Assembly: GCF_006345805.1 (NCBI RefSeq)
Contig: NC_042999.1
Span: 49,290,001 to 49,354,000, forward strand
Reading direction: 5' to 3'
Origin: Octopus sinensis
Lineage: Eukaryota
Length of the DNA stretch: 64,000 nt
Part shown: in pieces, positions 1-13,997 of the stretch
Layout: each line of letters opens with the position of its first letter
Position numbering within the stretch: position 1 is the stretch's first letter
Made by a program: the position numbers and the translations under genes
The notes under the pieces: generated by a model
Databases searched by the model: none
Told to the model about the DNA's origin: nothing
The model's input: the letters and a program-made list of their open reading frames with translations, nothing else

Positions 1-456
1 CGCTTAGCCAAAGCGGCACCAATAACCACAACTAACCTCTTGCTAGGTTTCAATTCCTTTATACATCGCAGTATTAGCAATATCCAGAAGCGAGGGTGAA
101 GGAACTTTCGATATCCTCTATTTCGAACTCTTACATTACGCTGCAGATCAATACTAAAATTCATTCTAATAAATAACTGAATCCGAATAGAATGGCAACG
201 ATTACATAACTACTGTTCTTTAGCATATAACTCATTCTGCTTTTGGGAATCGTACAGCCTAAAGTTAAATACCATTGCAACATATTTTATCTTTCTCAGG
301 CCCTATTCATGGTACATGAATGTTTTATAAATATAAACGAATATGGATAAAATAATTAAACAATTATAAGAGAACAAATATATTCTGTATGCCAAGTTTC
401 CTATGGGATTTTGAAATTAGTAATTTTGATGAAGTGCAGCCAATTTTAAACTTTTC

Positions 457-457
<1 letters not shown>

Positions 458-550
<93 letters not shown>
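458..550. repeat. (GATA)n microsatellite
   Basis: Pure tagatagata run; produces the IYLS ORF artefact. Confidence 0.95.
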
Positions 551-1193
551 TGCACACATACACACACATCTGTGTGTTTGTGTACATACATACATACATA
601 CATACATGGCAACATTTTGCTTATGTAATTATTTTCTTTTTGTAACGAGAATGTTTAACTGGAAGTTTCAATATCTATTACTTCAAGCAGAGAAAAATTT
701 GTTTGACTTCAGTCAGCATTGTAACTTTCCTTTCGTCGTTAGAGTATTTTTCGATTATCCATATAATAAAATTGTTTTTCATACCCTACAAATCGTTTTT
801 GTCTTTATTTTGAGATTTGTATTCCCCTAAGATTCTGAGAATCAAGTGGCAATACGTGATGAAACACCTGACACTTATAAGGTTTTCTGTGTTATCTTTT
901 GTGATGATACATCTTTCACTTTGCGACGCCAACTCATCCGTCAATATAAATAATGTAAATATATATATTTTGCCTTCATACAACTATTTTGATTGGCAGT
1001 TAGTCGCACGGATAAAGTAGATAGCACCAACCAATTTCCTATAATGAAGGTGCTGAAAATTCGTGTATTCATCTCAACACATAATAGAGAATAGAATCTA
1101 CAGGAGATGTCTATGGGTGTGTGTGCGTGTGTTTTCATAAACACATACACACACGAATACATACACATATATATCTTTCGTTTCAATCAGTAT

Positions 1194-1194
<1 letters not shown>

Positions 1195-1285
<91 letters not shown>
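1195..1285. repeat. (GATA)n microsatellite
   Basis: Direct reading of the sequence. Confidence 0.95.
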
Positions 1286-1286
<1 letters not shown>

Positions 1287-1499
1287 CAGGCAGATAGATG
1301 TAGAAGTATATCTTGAGGCTATTTTACCATTCTAAATTAAGAGCTAGAAAATTAAAACTCGTCTTGATATCAAGATGATTTGATGTGTATATCATTCATA
1401 AGAAGGTAATCTAAACTAAAATAGAAATTCAATTCTCACCTTAGATATACCAAACTACTTATAATTTAATTCACCGTTAACCCAATATACGTCGACTCA

Positions 1500-2050
1500 C
1501 TTCCAACCAGTGTGCCAACAGCATCACTATCGAAATCGAAAGCTGACTGTGCCTGGTGATCTCATAATCCGAGACGATGATAAAAAGCCAATCACAATTC
1601 TAGCGAGGGACAAACTCTGGAGGACCAGATATCTGTTCAAGAACTGATTTTAGCACTCACTAACAGATTTAGCAGTCCACCTTGAAGTTTACGCCATTCG
1701 CGGAAGAGTTGTACAAACCAGGTCTTTTTGTATTTGCTATACTGGTGACATGTAAACCAGTACAGCTCCTGAAATAGACAAGACATCGGTGAGAAAAACG
1801 ACATCTTATAGACTCATGTGATGAAGAGAGACTAGTAATTATGTATGCCAAAGAAGGTAATAAGCCCTGCACAAATTCAACGACCATCAAGAAATTAAAG
1901 ATGAACCGACAGGACTTGTCAACTTTGGTCGCACTTAGTGTAAGTGAAGTCCAGCACTGCCTTTAACCCACATACAGTAAGCACCTTTGGCTTTGTCAGA
2001 AAAAAAACCATCAAGAAGAAAAAAATCCAATCAAGGATCTACAATTCGAA
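1500..2050 (+). mobile_element. Highly decayed non-LTR retrotransposon AP-endonuclease relic (RTE/L2-like)
   Basis: Broken peptides EVYAI, YTGDM and DSCDEERLVIM resemble the endonuclease motifs VYAP, GDFN and DFCEENNLVI; many stops. Confidence 0.3.
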
Positions 2051-3048
2051 GGCACTGATGTCAATGTCAGGTTCCTATGTTCATTATTAGATAATGGTAG
2101 ATGTATCTCCAGAGTACATATGTCCGGTAATATCAGTATATGTTTAGGCTAGCGGCGTTGAATTCACCATTTCCAATTTAACTACTACTTTGAAACTCAA
2201 GATGTGTCTAATCTTATATTCAAAAAGGACTGTCTGGTATTTGATGGAAATTGGTGCTCATGCTAAAACCACTATCTCACTTTACTGATATTGCAAACTG
2301 TCGGTAGAAACAAAATTTCTACAAAAAACTTTGTGAGTGCTTCAACTGGATATTAATATCTCATTCGCAAGGCCGCTATCATTTCAAAAAACACACCTAT
2401 ACTTTTGAAACATATGTTCTTGGAGGTTTTCAGCTTGTTTGACTACTGTAAAGCGTAATATCCTGCTGGATCTTTCCTTTAGCTTTCACTCCCTTATTAA
2501 TGTTCCCCTCATTTTGTTGGGGTGGCACAAAAGCGGGTGGGTTTTTCAGCTACTCTGGTCCACCAACTTTTGTTCAGCTATAATTCGACCTGAGAGAAAA
2601 ATGAGTATATGGTAGTTGCAGTTAGTGGTGTGGCTGGTGGTGCTGCCTAATGACAAACCTCGGTGTTCTGCTTATATTTCTCCATTTTCTCATTTGCATT
2701 CATATGTTTATATATTTTTATTCCTTACTGGTTCTGTTACCCTCTCTTTCTACGTTTCTTGAATTTTCCCACTAAAATAAACTTTAGTAGGCCTTTTCCC
2801 CAATTTGAGAAGCAGTTCAACATTCTGCTTTGCAATACCAACCTGATGACATTTCCTTTCACATCATGTACACTCTTCTACTCATATATGGTTTTGGGAT
2901 ATTCGGTGATCATTAACGATTTACATTCATTAAAACTCCACTCGATCCCACAGTGTTTCTGACCAGACCAGTATCTAAAATTTTCTCGTACTGCACCAAA
3001 TATTTGACAACGAACTAAGATTCAATGTACTTTAACAAATTTGTACTA

Positions 3049-3604
3049 ATGGGTTGTCCGGTAAGTTCGTGCCGATTATTAAAGGTCAATAAATACTTCT
3101 CATTATATTTTTAATCAACCAAATATGAACCATTTTGTTGCACAATGCGTCTCCATATTTTCTTTTAACTTGAAAATACCATCTTCCCAGAATTGAGGTG
3201 ATTTCTTGGCAAAGAATTCATCAAGGTATCCTTTTACGTCATCCAAGGAATTGAAACTTTTACCATTAAGACAATCTTGCAGAGACCTGAATAAGTGGAA
3301 ATCCGAAGGAGCAATATCTGGTAAATATGAAGAGTGGGGAAACACATCCCAACCGAGCTGCAGCAATTTTTGTCTGGTACCCAAAGCTTCAAGTGCCGAA
3401 AATGAATTTTCTTATCTTCCATTTTAAAGGGTTACCGAAATAACAGAGGTTATAGGAATATAAACCTTCTTCCACGAAAAGATAGCTTAAACTGTGCTCT
3501 ATATGGAGATGTAGTCAAATCCTATTTTATGGACTCAACCATGTTCTAAAATAAGTCGAAAGGTAAACTACTATAAATCGGCACAAACTTTCTGGAAAAC
3601 CCAA
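3049..3604 (-). mobile_element. Internally deleted mariner (about 556 bp) with both TIRs
   Basis: TIR atgggttgtccggtaagttcgtgccgat / atcggcacaaactttctggaaaacccaa, TA on both flanks; transposase start MEDKKIHFRH joined to C-terminal HSSYLPDIAPSDFHLF. Confidence 0.9.
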
Positions 3605-3984
3605 TACATTCCTCTATATATTACAATACCACTAGCACATTGGGGAATGCATGGTGCACCAGTTCAGCTTGCATTTTTCGCCACCTCTCTTCCCAGTTGT
3701 AAAACTGGACACACGGTTTCATAACTATTACTTCGAATGATATTTATATAACCACACACATCGGCCACGGCAACCAATAAATATTTTTTACAGGGAATGG
3801 TTCAACATGCTCCGATTTTAGCAAGGTAACCATTCGATTTTCCGTTCGCAAATAATTATTAAAAAATTCATGAAAAAACAAATATATCTGTAATTAACAG
3901 AATATTGAAATCCTAATTCTCTCTAGCACGTGCACCTATGTTCTGAAATTACCCGCCAACATCGGGGTGATTAATGCTAAACTG

Positions 3985-4100
3985 TTTGTTTGTTTGTTTG
4001 TATGTGTCTATGTCTGTGTATGTGTGTGTGTGTGTGTGTGTGTCTATGTGTGTGTGTGTCTGTGTGCCTGTGTCCCTGTGTCAGTGTGTGTGTTAGTGTG
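3985..4100. repeat. (GT)n-rich microsatellite
   Basis: Direct reading of the sequence. Confidence 0.9.
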
Positions 4101-4260
4101 TGGTCACTACTTTCATTTCGCAACAAATGAAAGAGCGAATGTACTTTGTAAATGTCTTTATGGTATTCGCCGTTGATGGTTGGCTCTTTTTTGCTTATGC
4201 ATATGCAAATTTTTCGGTTATCAAATTGTAGGTGTCTGTAATAGTGTGCGTATCTGAATA

Positions 4261-4261
4261 T

Positions 4262-4302
<41 letters not shown>

Positions 4303-4420
4303 CGACGACGACGACGATGATGATGAGGGGGGAGGATGTTGATGATGATGATAATAACACCGACAACAACAACAGCAACAATAACAAGAGAAGAAGAAGA
4401 AGAATATCGTTATATTTATT
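4261..4420. repeat. Compound trinucleotide repeat (AAC/GAC/GAT/AAG)
   Basis: Direct reading of the sequence. Confidence 0.9.
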
Positions 4421-7400
4421 TGCCGTCCGTGTGAAGAATGCCATATTAAAATCTAGTGTTAAGCATTCGTTTCACTTCTAAGCATTATGTGTAGCAAAGA
4501 AATATTCATAAATTTAGAAATGATAACGCAAATGTGGTATTATTAGAAGTGGATATTGACACATCTTCTATACATATATATTACTGGAATTCAGTGGAGT
4601 GAGTGATACATGCTGTGTTATATGATTACTGAGAACAACGGTTACTAAATTATTGTTCACTACCCAAAGTGAATCGCTGTATATTTCTGAAACTGTCACC
4701 AAGCTAAAATATTTTAGTTTTGAAATATGCGGTGAAGTATAAAATGTCTAATACAAAAAGTGATACAAAATGCTAAAAGCATTTGGGCTACTTCACATAT
4801 ACTGTCAGCAAAACTTGGCAGTTTCTCCAAGATTATTATCATACTTCTATACAATCTCTGGTATTACTTAAGTTTTGATGAATCGCAAGAAACTATGTAG
4901 CAAAGGGCTAGATCTTTTTTTTCTGAAATGCCGTCCACATATTTCGCTTCCTAATTTCGAAACTGGTCAGATATATTTTTAAGTTTTCTACTTTTTTGTC
5001 GTTCGTCACATTTTTAATGTGGACTTAAATAATTTCGCTTATCCCTTTCGGATTGCCGGGTTTCAACCAAACTAAGATATCAACGACTAATAAAGCCATT
5101 AACTTGTCAAACGTTTTAAATGCTATTAACCCACACACATTGCATGTTGACGCTCACACATCTATGAATTAAGTACCAGTGACTTACTGTGGGTTACACA
5201 AACGTGTCTGAAAATAATGGTTACTACACGTTATATAAATAAGAATAAAATATTTCTCTCTCTCTCTTCTTTTTCTTCCCTATCCCTTTCTCTCTAATAT
5301 CACTCTACGATATTTGAAATATATTGTGAGTATTGATAATGCAAGGCAACGTCGAATGAGAATTTTCGTTAGAAATGATCGAAAGTGAAGACTTGAATGT
5401 CTTTTATTAGATATGCACGATTAGACCTGGCCGAGGGTTAAAAAAACAATAACAACAATTAAGAGCTATATTTCTTAAGAATATGTTAATAACAAAAGGA
5501 TGTCTCGATTTGTGCTGAGCAGACGATATCTGAGGGCGAGGGAGAGACCCGATTCTGATTGTACTTTACACTCAATTAATATTTGGAAATGTATGAAAGT
5601 CACAAAATTCAATTCTTATTCAACAATATCGTTAAGACGGTGTAACGATAAAAGAAATCAATATTGATACATTGAAAATATTTTGGATAGTTGTATGTCC
5701 TTTTTATTAACGGAAGAAGCAATATATTGATATTGTCGATGCTTTTAAATCAATCTTGCATTGTGAAATTATAGATAAAATTATAAAATATCTGTATGAA
5801 ATTCTCATGTATATTTCTGCGTCATATTTATTGCATCATTTAGATCCGACCATACATCATTACAATATATATCTTAGATCATTGCGATAAAATCTAGACT
5901 GTTTCACAATCACATTCGATCGTTATTAAACAATCAAAATAATTATGACTTAATACGTAGATATATACTTTATTTTGAAACTTATTCATACAAATAAATT
6001 TCCAATGAAATTTATTACCAATTCACTCTTTAAAGGCAGCAGTAGGTGCTGCAAGGCAAGAGGTGAGCTACCAGGGTACCGAACAGACAGTTTATTTGTT
6101 AAAGATCCGCTTTAGAAGCAAATTTACTTCATTATCTCAATGAACAACGTTAAACACAATCATTAGTCCTTCCAGAAATGTTACTGTAAAATATCCTTTA
6201 ACGTATACCTGCAGACTTCAAACGAAGGACATTGTATTGGATAACATCATAAGATAAGTATGAATTTGAGTACGGGGATGTTCCATCTGATCTGACTAGG
6301 TGTGATACAAGAACATGCAACAGAAATAAGGATTTTATTGGAGTGCCCTCTTGGGGTTTAATGCTTTTCATCTCATATCATCCAAAACTGAACACGCGTA
6401 CGCTCAGAATCAAACCAGCCATAACGTCTCATTTTTTTTTTATATAGATAGGATATTACATTGTTAAATATTTCCAGATATTTAAATAGTAGAGAGTCGT
6501 TAAAATCATATGTACTTCCTATTTTTCAGTATTGTTCTATTTGATATTTTGTATGTGATATAGTGACGAATACAACAATGACAAATCTCCACCATGATTC
6601 TGAATCATGGTTCAGGCATCGTGTTATACATGTGTAACACCCTAAATTTGAAAGCTCTGAAGGATAATAAACTATTGATGGATTCATTACTAGAGTCTTC
6701 CATTTAAATGGTCTACATTGTATATTATTAACTAATGTGGTAAGTTCAACCAAATCCTCAAAGTTTCCAATTTACAAACGAACGTGGTAGCATCTTCAAG
6801 AATTCCTTCTAAGAACACTCTAGTAATTTAAAAAGAAGAAAAACTAGAATGGTCACGGCTAAACTGTTTTTGATCTTACCTTAGGTTTGTTCAATCGGGC
6901 TGACTCAGGTTAGAAACATAGAAACAACTAAAAAGCCAACGTGTCACAGTCTCATTAATCAGTCATTTCCATTTTATATTGCCCAACCAGGTCAGCTCAT
7001 TGGAGAAAATTTATAACTAAAGGTTCTCCAGCCGTAATCATCGCTTCAGATTCTTTACTATATGTGTGCTTTTGAAAATTATTTTTAAGGGAGATTTGTT
7101 TTCATTGAGCTAGTTTGCAGTTATTCGTTGATCTATGGATTTGATAGATTTAAATGACATATTTTACCATGAAACTTAATGCATGTAGTTCACAAATATA
7201 ACTGGAAATTCATAAAGGTCTGCGGTAAAAGTTATTTTATGTTGTTTGTAAGTTTTAAATTTTTTACGCAGCAGGTAGAAAAGAAAGCCGATTTGGGCGA
7301 TTGATCTTCCATGTGAAGGAATATTATATAAACCGCGGAGATTTCACGAACACGCACATGCAGTAGTCAACCAAATGAGAATTCTGTATGCGTTCGATTA

Positions 7401-7529
7401 ACGTGCTAGAATTGGCAGCCACGTTTCACTCAAATCACTTTCATCTTTAAAAAGAAAGTATAGGAAAACGGGGGACGAGAAAGAATCTGAAGTGGAAGGA
7501 ATAGAAGAGAAGGTCTGTGGTGGAGGAGG

Positions 7530-7727
7530 TGGAGAAGAAGAAAAAGAAAAAGAAAAAGCAGATGATGATGATGATGATGATGATGATAATGACGACGACG
7601 ACGACGACGACGACGACGATGATGATGATGAAGAAGAAGATGATGATGATGATGAAGAAGAAGAAGAAGAAAGAAGAAGAAGAAAGAAGAAGAAGAAGAA
7701 GAAGAAGAAGAAGAAGGAGAAGAAGAG

Positions 7728-7759
<32 letters not shown>

Positions 7760-7800
7760 GCGACGACGACGACGACGACGACAGCAATAACAACAACAAG
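7530..7800. repeat. Compound trinucleotide repeat (GAT/GAC/GAA/AAC)
   Basis: Explains the poly-D/E/K/N ORFs in all frames. Confidence 0.95.
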
Positions 7801-8185
7801 TAAAGCGAGAGAATGACAAAAAGGAAAACAAAAACAGATGCAGAAAAAGCTGTCAGAAAAAAAAATCAGAACTGAAAAGTAATTTTATGAAATATTGTGG
7901 TATTAATCAATGACTGATATTATAGATATCATTGATAAGAAGTTTGAATCAGATGTAATACATCAAATACATGATGATATTCATTCAATACAATCGGATA
8001 TTTCATAAAGAGCCATACTCTAAAGCATTGATGATTGATAATAAATATTATGGCTGATGATTTAGTCTAGCTTGTGAATCATTTAATAACCAGTGAAAGA
8101 CACGAGCCACAAGAGAAAAAGACTGTATACAATCGTTCTAGACGTAGAAATAATAATATATTTTTCGTCAATGTGAAAGGATAGA

Positions 8186-8331
8186 CAGGCATAGACATGG
8201 CTGAGAGGTTAAGAAGCCCGCTTTGCATCTGCGTAGTTCCGGGTTCATTCCCACACCGTGGCACCTTGCAAAGGTGTCTTCTACTAGAGGCCTGAGCGGA
8301 CAAAATCCTAGCAAGTGAATTTGGAAGCCTG

Positions 8332-8335
<4 letters not shown>
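8186..8335 (+). mobile_element. tRNA-head SINE family F1, diverged 5' part
   Basis: A-box-like catggctgagaggtt, B-box-like gggttcattccc, core gtggcaccttg...tgtcttctact. Confidence 0.7.
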
Positions 8336-8376
<41 letters not shown>

Positions 8377-9370
8377 TGTGTGTTTCTTTGAGCATGTGTG
8401 TTTTATGTAGTATTTATTTTCAGTCACCGCTAAATAACTGTTACTGTTTTGCCTTCGTCCACTTAAATTAGCGATTCGTCAAAAGGATCTGATAAAATAA
8501 ACACCAAACTTAAAAATGATCACTAGGGTTAATCTGTTTGCTTAAGCAATACATCAAAGGAGGTAATCCGGAATCGGTGCAGTCCAATGACTGATACGAA
8601 ACCAAAAACAAAATGTAAAAGGCGGATAGTGTATCGAATGTATATTTAGTCTGAGTTAAAGATGTGTAGGTTACGGCCGGAACGCATTTGATTATGGGTG
8701 TCTTCCGTGATAATTGGCCTGGGATATACGACAAGTTCTCAGTTTCTCCATCTGGAGAAAGGATAATTACATTATATAGTCTAACTGAATTTTAAAATTA
8801 AACAGGTACAACAATAATTTTTTTTCATTTTCCCAGTAAGTTTGAAGATAGGCGATAGATGAATATTTGACTGATACACTAATCAGGATGAAAGATAAAA
8901 GATAAAATTATGAATGATAAAATTAACTTCGGCAGTATTTGGGCCCAGGACATATGTTATTGTGAGTGGTTGCGAATGTATTTGTGCTCATTTATTTATC
9001 TTGTTTGCCCGTATGATTGTGTGGTTTTTATTTTATTTTATTCATTGGTATACGTTTGTGTATGTATATGTGTATGCGTTTCTGCTTTTGATGACTCCAC
9101 TACCTAAGTTTCTGATTTCTTCGTAAAAGAAGATACTTTTTTACTCTTTTACTCTTCTACTTGTTTCAGTCATTTAACTGTGGCCATGCTGGAGCTTTTA
9201 GTTGAGCAAATCGACCCCAGGACTTATTCTTTGTAAACTTAGTACTTATTATATCGGATTCCTTTGCCGAACTGCTAAGTTACGGGAATGTAAACACACC
9301 AGCATCGGTTGTCAAGAGATGTTGGGGGAACAAACACATAAAGCACACGCACACACACACACACACACAC

Positions 9371-9676
9371 GGGAAAACGGTATAGACGATTTGTTTTGGA
9401 GTCTAATAATACAATGTACGATTATGAAGATTTACAAACATACTTTCCCAGTGATACTCGGTTTAACTACCATTATAAACAATACTAAATGTTTTTTCTC
9501 AAACCTTTCATAATGTAATACAAGTCTTTGGTGTAGCAATTGCATGCGGCTGAAGAGGGCTTTTGAACAATCTGTTATGACGATTATTCATTGATGTAAG
9601 AAAAAGGTGTTCGTAAAGCTCGAAACATATGTACCGCAATATCTTTTGCGTCATGTTTTTCATTTATTTCATTTGA
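9371..9676 (+). mobile_element. HHR-bearing insertion, probably a Penelope-type 3' end or pseudo-LTR
   Basis: Absent from other F1 copies; bounded by (CA)n and (TA)n; contains a canonical HHR. Confidence 0.6.
9545..9638 (+). ncRNA. Type I hammerhead ribozyme, canonical core
   Basis: Stem I tgcgg/ccgca; CUGAAGA 9550-9556; stem II about 13 bp; GAAA 9622-9625; palindromic stem III ACAUAUGU; GUA site, cleavage predicted after 9633. Confidence 0.85.
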
Positions 9677-9685
9677 TACATACAT

Positions 9686-9729
<44 letters not shown>

Positions 9730-9907
9730 TACGACAGGCTTCTTTCAGTTTCCATCTGCCAAATCCACTCGCAAGGCTTTGGTCGGCCCGAGGCTATAGT
9801 AGAAGGCACTTGCCCAAGGTGCCACGCAGTGGGAATGAACCCGGAACCATTTGGTTGGTAAGTAAGCTACTTACCACACAGCCACTCCTGCGTCTATAAA
9901 ACTGGAC

Positions 9908-9979
9908 CTCTCCTGCGGGGAATCGAACACCGGTTTCCCGCGTGAGCGGCAGGGATACTTACCATTATACTAACGAGGA
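9908..9979 (-). pseudogene. tRNA-Asp-derived pseudogene
   Basis: 72 nt tcctcgttagtataatggtaagtatccctgccgctcacgcgggaaaccggtgttcgattccccgcaggagag, close to eukaryotic tRNA-Asp(GTC). Acceptor stem has 3 mismatches; anticodon loop reads CGCTCAC; TTTT follows 6 nt downstream. Confidence 0.8.
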
Positions 9980-10597
9980 TAGGAAATTTTTGTCTGATTT
10001 CTTCATAAAAGGAAATGGGAATTGTTTGTCTGATGAATATTTAATAAATTCAAAAACTTATCAATTATTTTTCTCCACGCAATATAAAGAAAAACTTTGG
10101 AACAACAACTTTATGTTGTTTACTCAGTGAGCTAAATGGTATATATTTCAAATTATCAAACAATGATATATTGTGCATTATTAATTAATTTATTAGCTAT
10201 CTACGCTGTGATCGCATGTATTGTCATGCAAACAGGTCAAATCATTTTAGATATATCCAACTTTGTTATGCAGTAGAAAAATTAATTAATAATCTCTCTG
10301 AGAGTAGAAGATGACTATATTCTCTAAAACAGAAGTAGGATATGGAGAGAGTCCTCTTTTCCCGCTCACGAACATTTAAAATCTGCAGTGTAATATTCTT
10401 GTTCAGTTTCAGACAGAATACTATACTTATCAAAAATGCTATGCATTACATTTCTAAATATCCAGAACAGTATATACAACATTGTTTATAGTTTAATCAG
10501 TAGATTAATTCTTTAACGAGTTTCGGCACATGTACTGTTATGCATATTAGACACGCCAGTCAATGGGGGATTTTATATTTTTAAATCCTTACCTTAG

Positions 10598-11016
10598 ACT
10601 CTTTACTTTTTTACTCTTTTACTTGTTTCAGTCATTTAACATCGGCCATGTTGGAGCACAGCCTTTAGTCGAGGAAATCGATCCCACGACTTATTCTTTG
10701 TAAGCCTGGTACATATTCTGTCGGTCTCTTTTGCCGAACCGCTAAGTTACGGGGCCGTAAACACACCAGCTTCGGTTGCCAAATGATGTTGGGGGGAGAA
10801 ACAGAGACACACAAACAGACACACATATATATATATAGATATATATACATATACATATATACGACGGGCTTGTTCCATTTTCCGTCTACCAAATCCACTC
10901 GCAAGGCTTTGGTCGGCCCGAAGCTATTATAGAAGACACTTTCCCAAGGTGCCACTCAATGGGACTGGACCCTGAACCATGTGGTTGGTAAGCAAGCTAC
11001 TAACCACACAGCCACT
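10598..11016 (-). mobile_element. tRNA-head SINE F1, near full length
   Basis: Head agtggctgtgtggttagtagcttgc, core, internal CA/TA tract, tail ...tgactgaaacaagtaaaagag. Confidence 0.9.
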
Positions 11017-11776
11017 GGTGAATATAAATTCTTATCCACCAAATTAAATGACGTACGTCTGAGCTCTCGTTTGACATCGTCGACAAAATAAGTTCAAGTA
11101 ATATTCAAGTACTATCCAAACTATAATTTTAAACTATTTTGTCGATGTAAGGAATTACAACTTTTGCCGCAGAACACTACTAGGCGTGGGCAGCTTTGGA
11201 TTAAGACCACTAATACTTTCTTTTAATTTCAGATATATCAATAATATAGCTTGTAAGAGCATGAAGTTCACGATACAACGCTTGTGAATAAGATTTCTTT
11301 TAAAAGATGCGATCTTCTTGCCACACGGTACCTCATATTTCTGATTTCTGATAAATTACTAATATAATTGCCAACAAGTAATGCAATAATGTTTTTTTTA
11401 ACTAGCACATTGATTATCATCATCCTCATCGTCGCAGCCACCATTATTGTTATCGTCATCATCATCATCATCATCATCATCCTCGCAACCGGTTATAAAT
11501 ATATTATTAGTACTTCTCGTGCTGTAAAATACTACACATGTACTACGTAATACAACAATTTTAAAAGAATTAACAATGAAGAAAATTAATTATGTACATT
11601 ATTGGTCTCTCTCCAAAACAGATAATTTCCATATGATAATTATTCGTTTAGAAGATTTATTCAAAACTTCTCAAACTTGAGGGGATGGGAACCTTAGATT
11701 TTAACGTGGGCCCACATATATGGATTCTACTGGTGCAAGCTGGAAACCTTGTCAGTCCGCCACTATATGTATATGT

Positions 11777-11858
<82 letters not shown>

Positions 11859-12472
11859 TATAGTGAGAATTTAGTAAAAACAAAATATGTGCGTGTCTTT
11901 ATGCATATGTGCGCGCGCACAGGTATGATTGTGTGGGGTGGAAGTGTCTCTCTAAATGTGTTCTCCACTCTTTCTTTACATCTGTTGTAAGATTTTTTAC
12001 GTCACTGTAACTTAGCAGTTTAGCAATGGAGCCGATAGAATAAGTACCACGTTTTAAAATATGTACTGCTACAGAATGACTGAACCAATTTCGACATCAG
12101 TATGAAAAGTAAACAATATGCTTCTGCCAGTGTTTTATCCTTCCGTGGACAAATAAGGAAGGATAGATTTGAGTATTTGAGTATTTCTTAGTCTTCTTAG
12201 ATATTCATTAGAGAAAGAACATTTGTTATCTATCCACGAAGAGATTAATAACTTATGCAGCTGGTCATTTTGTTCAATATTCACATCAGGGCTTAAACTG
12301 TTTGTTAAAATGTACAAAATTTACGAAACAATCGTATGAAACGTGTTAATGTTTCATTAAAAACAAATTCTATTTTCATACGTTCAATGGAGTAATACAT
12401 CGAAATTCTAGGCTTCGAATAAACCAAATCAAACACATGTACACGCACGCACACACATTCACAGACAGAAAC

Positions 12473-12474
<2 letters not shown>

Positions 12475-12503
<29 letters not shown>

Positions 12504-12700
12504 TGTATGTATGTATGTATGTATGTATGTATGTATGTATGTATGTATGTATGTATGTATGTATGTATGCGTGTGTGTATGTATGTATGTATGTATGTAT
12601 GTATGTATGTATGTATGTGTATGTATATATGTGTCAAGCCCAATTGCATTTATCTGCATCACTATCCCTCCCTCTTTCTCCTTTTCTCTCTATATGTGAA

Positions 12701-12771
<71 letters not shown>

Positions 12772-12947
12772 TATATATATGCATAGATATATATATATAC
12801 ACATACATATATATATATACATACATATATACATATATATATATATTATATATATATATATATTATATATAAATATATATATAGATATATATATATATGT
12901 GTGTGTATATATATATACATATATATACATATATGTATGTATATATG

Positions 12948-12979
<32 letters not shown>

Positions 12980-13000
12980 CATACATACACACACACACAC

Positions 13001-13057
<57 letters not shown>

Positions 13058-13060
13058 GCA
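12475..13060. repeat. (GTAT)n followed by a long TA/CA compound microsatellite
   Basis: Explains the 269-aa YVCM/IYIY ORF. Confidence 0.95.
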
Positions 13061-13997
13061 TTTTATTTAGGCATTAGCTACACAGCCAAAACATTGGCCA
13101 CATGCCAGCATGGGTTTGAGAACAATGTAATTCTTCTTTTTGCCGTTTATCACCAGGACATCTCCTACAAAGCAAATCTTCAAAACGTTTCTGGTCCTGC
13201 TCGTTGCATTGTATTTCCATACATCTTTTACGGTTTTACTATATGACCTATCTTTCGATAAGTTATAGAGTGTGGTTTGTAGTACAGTTTAGTACTATTT
13301 CTAACCAGTCAGTCTTTACAAACGAGCCTCCACTGGTTTATGTTTGTTGTAATTTGTGTGATAATAAAGGAAATTTGTCACGGAAGTTCATCATTTGTAA
13401 CTAAACATTGTAAACGGAATTAGTTTGGCACTGTGTCTACTCAAATATAGATTGGTTTGGGTATATAACGACCTGAACTTGCCTACATTAAATCAATGGA
13501 TGTACAATAAGTAACTAAACAACATACATGAAGTAATTACAGTCGATATTAGCTGCGGATAAGCTACGATAGATAGATGTCCACTTGAAATAAGAAGACG
13601 GGTCTGTTGTTGTTCCTGCTTTTTCTTGTTGTTGGTTATGTTGTTTTTTTTGTTGTGGTTGTTGTTGTTGTTTAGACCTAAGCTGGTCTTGGTAGAAGAC
13701 AATTATGTTGAATGACTATCGAACTGTACTCATCCAGCTGTGCTCACGCGTGTGTTTGAATGTGTGTGTGTGTGTGCGTATTGTGTGCAATATGCTATAT
13801 ATTTCAGAAAATGGTATCTATTTTCCAAACGGTTTTATGTCATAGAATGGGATCTGGCTGCTATTTCTAACAGCTTGAGTGACTACAAAATACATTCGTC
13901 CAATTAGTTAAAGTAAACTATAGATTTTCTGGAGACTTGTGTTGTGTATTCAAACTTGCATTAAGACTTACCAGCTTACAAAGATTACACTTTTAGT

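Larger units (their letters stand above)
9137..9894 (-). mobile_element. tRNA-head SINE F1, split by an insertion of about 306 bp in its internal microsatellite
   Basis: Tail 9137-9370 and head 9724-9894 match the contiguous copies at 10.6, 14.0 and 26.4 kb. Confidence 0.85.

Noticed and set aside
2760-3000. Possible R4-like LINE relic (KHCGIEW..EYPKTIYE)
   Set aside because: Similarity too short and interrupted to support a call.
7398-7816. Acidic/basic low-complexity ORFs (poly-D/E/K/N)
   Set aside because: All frames on both strands are open because the DNA is compound trinucleotide repeat; no splice or codon evidence.
12437-13246. 269-aa ORF, among the longest in the track
   Set aside because: Translation of (GTAT)n and (TA)n microsatellites.
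13080-13300. Two open frames on the minus strand with Cys residues
   Set aside because: No start, no convincing splice sites, no recognisable motif.
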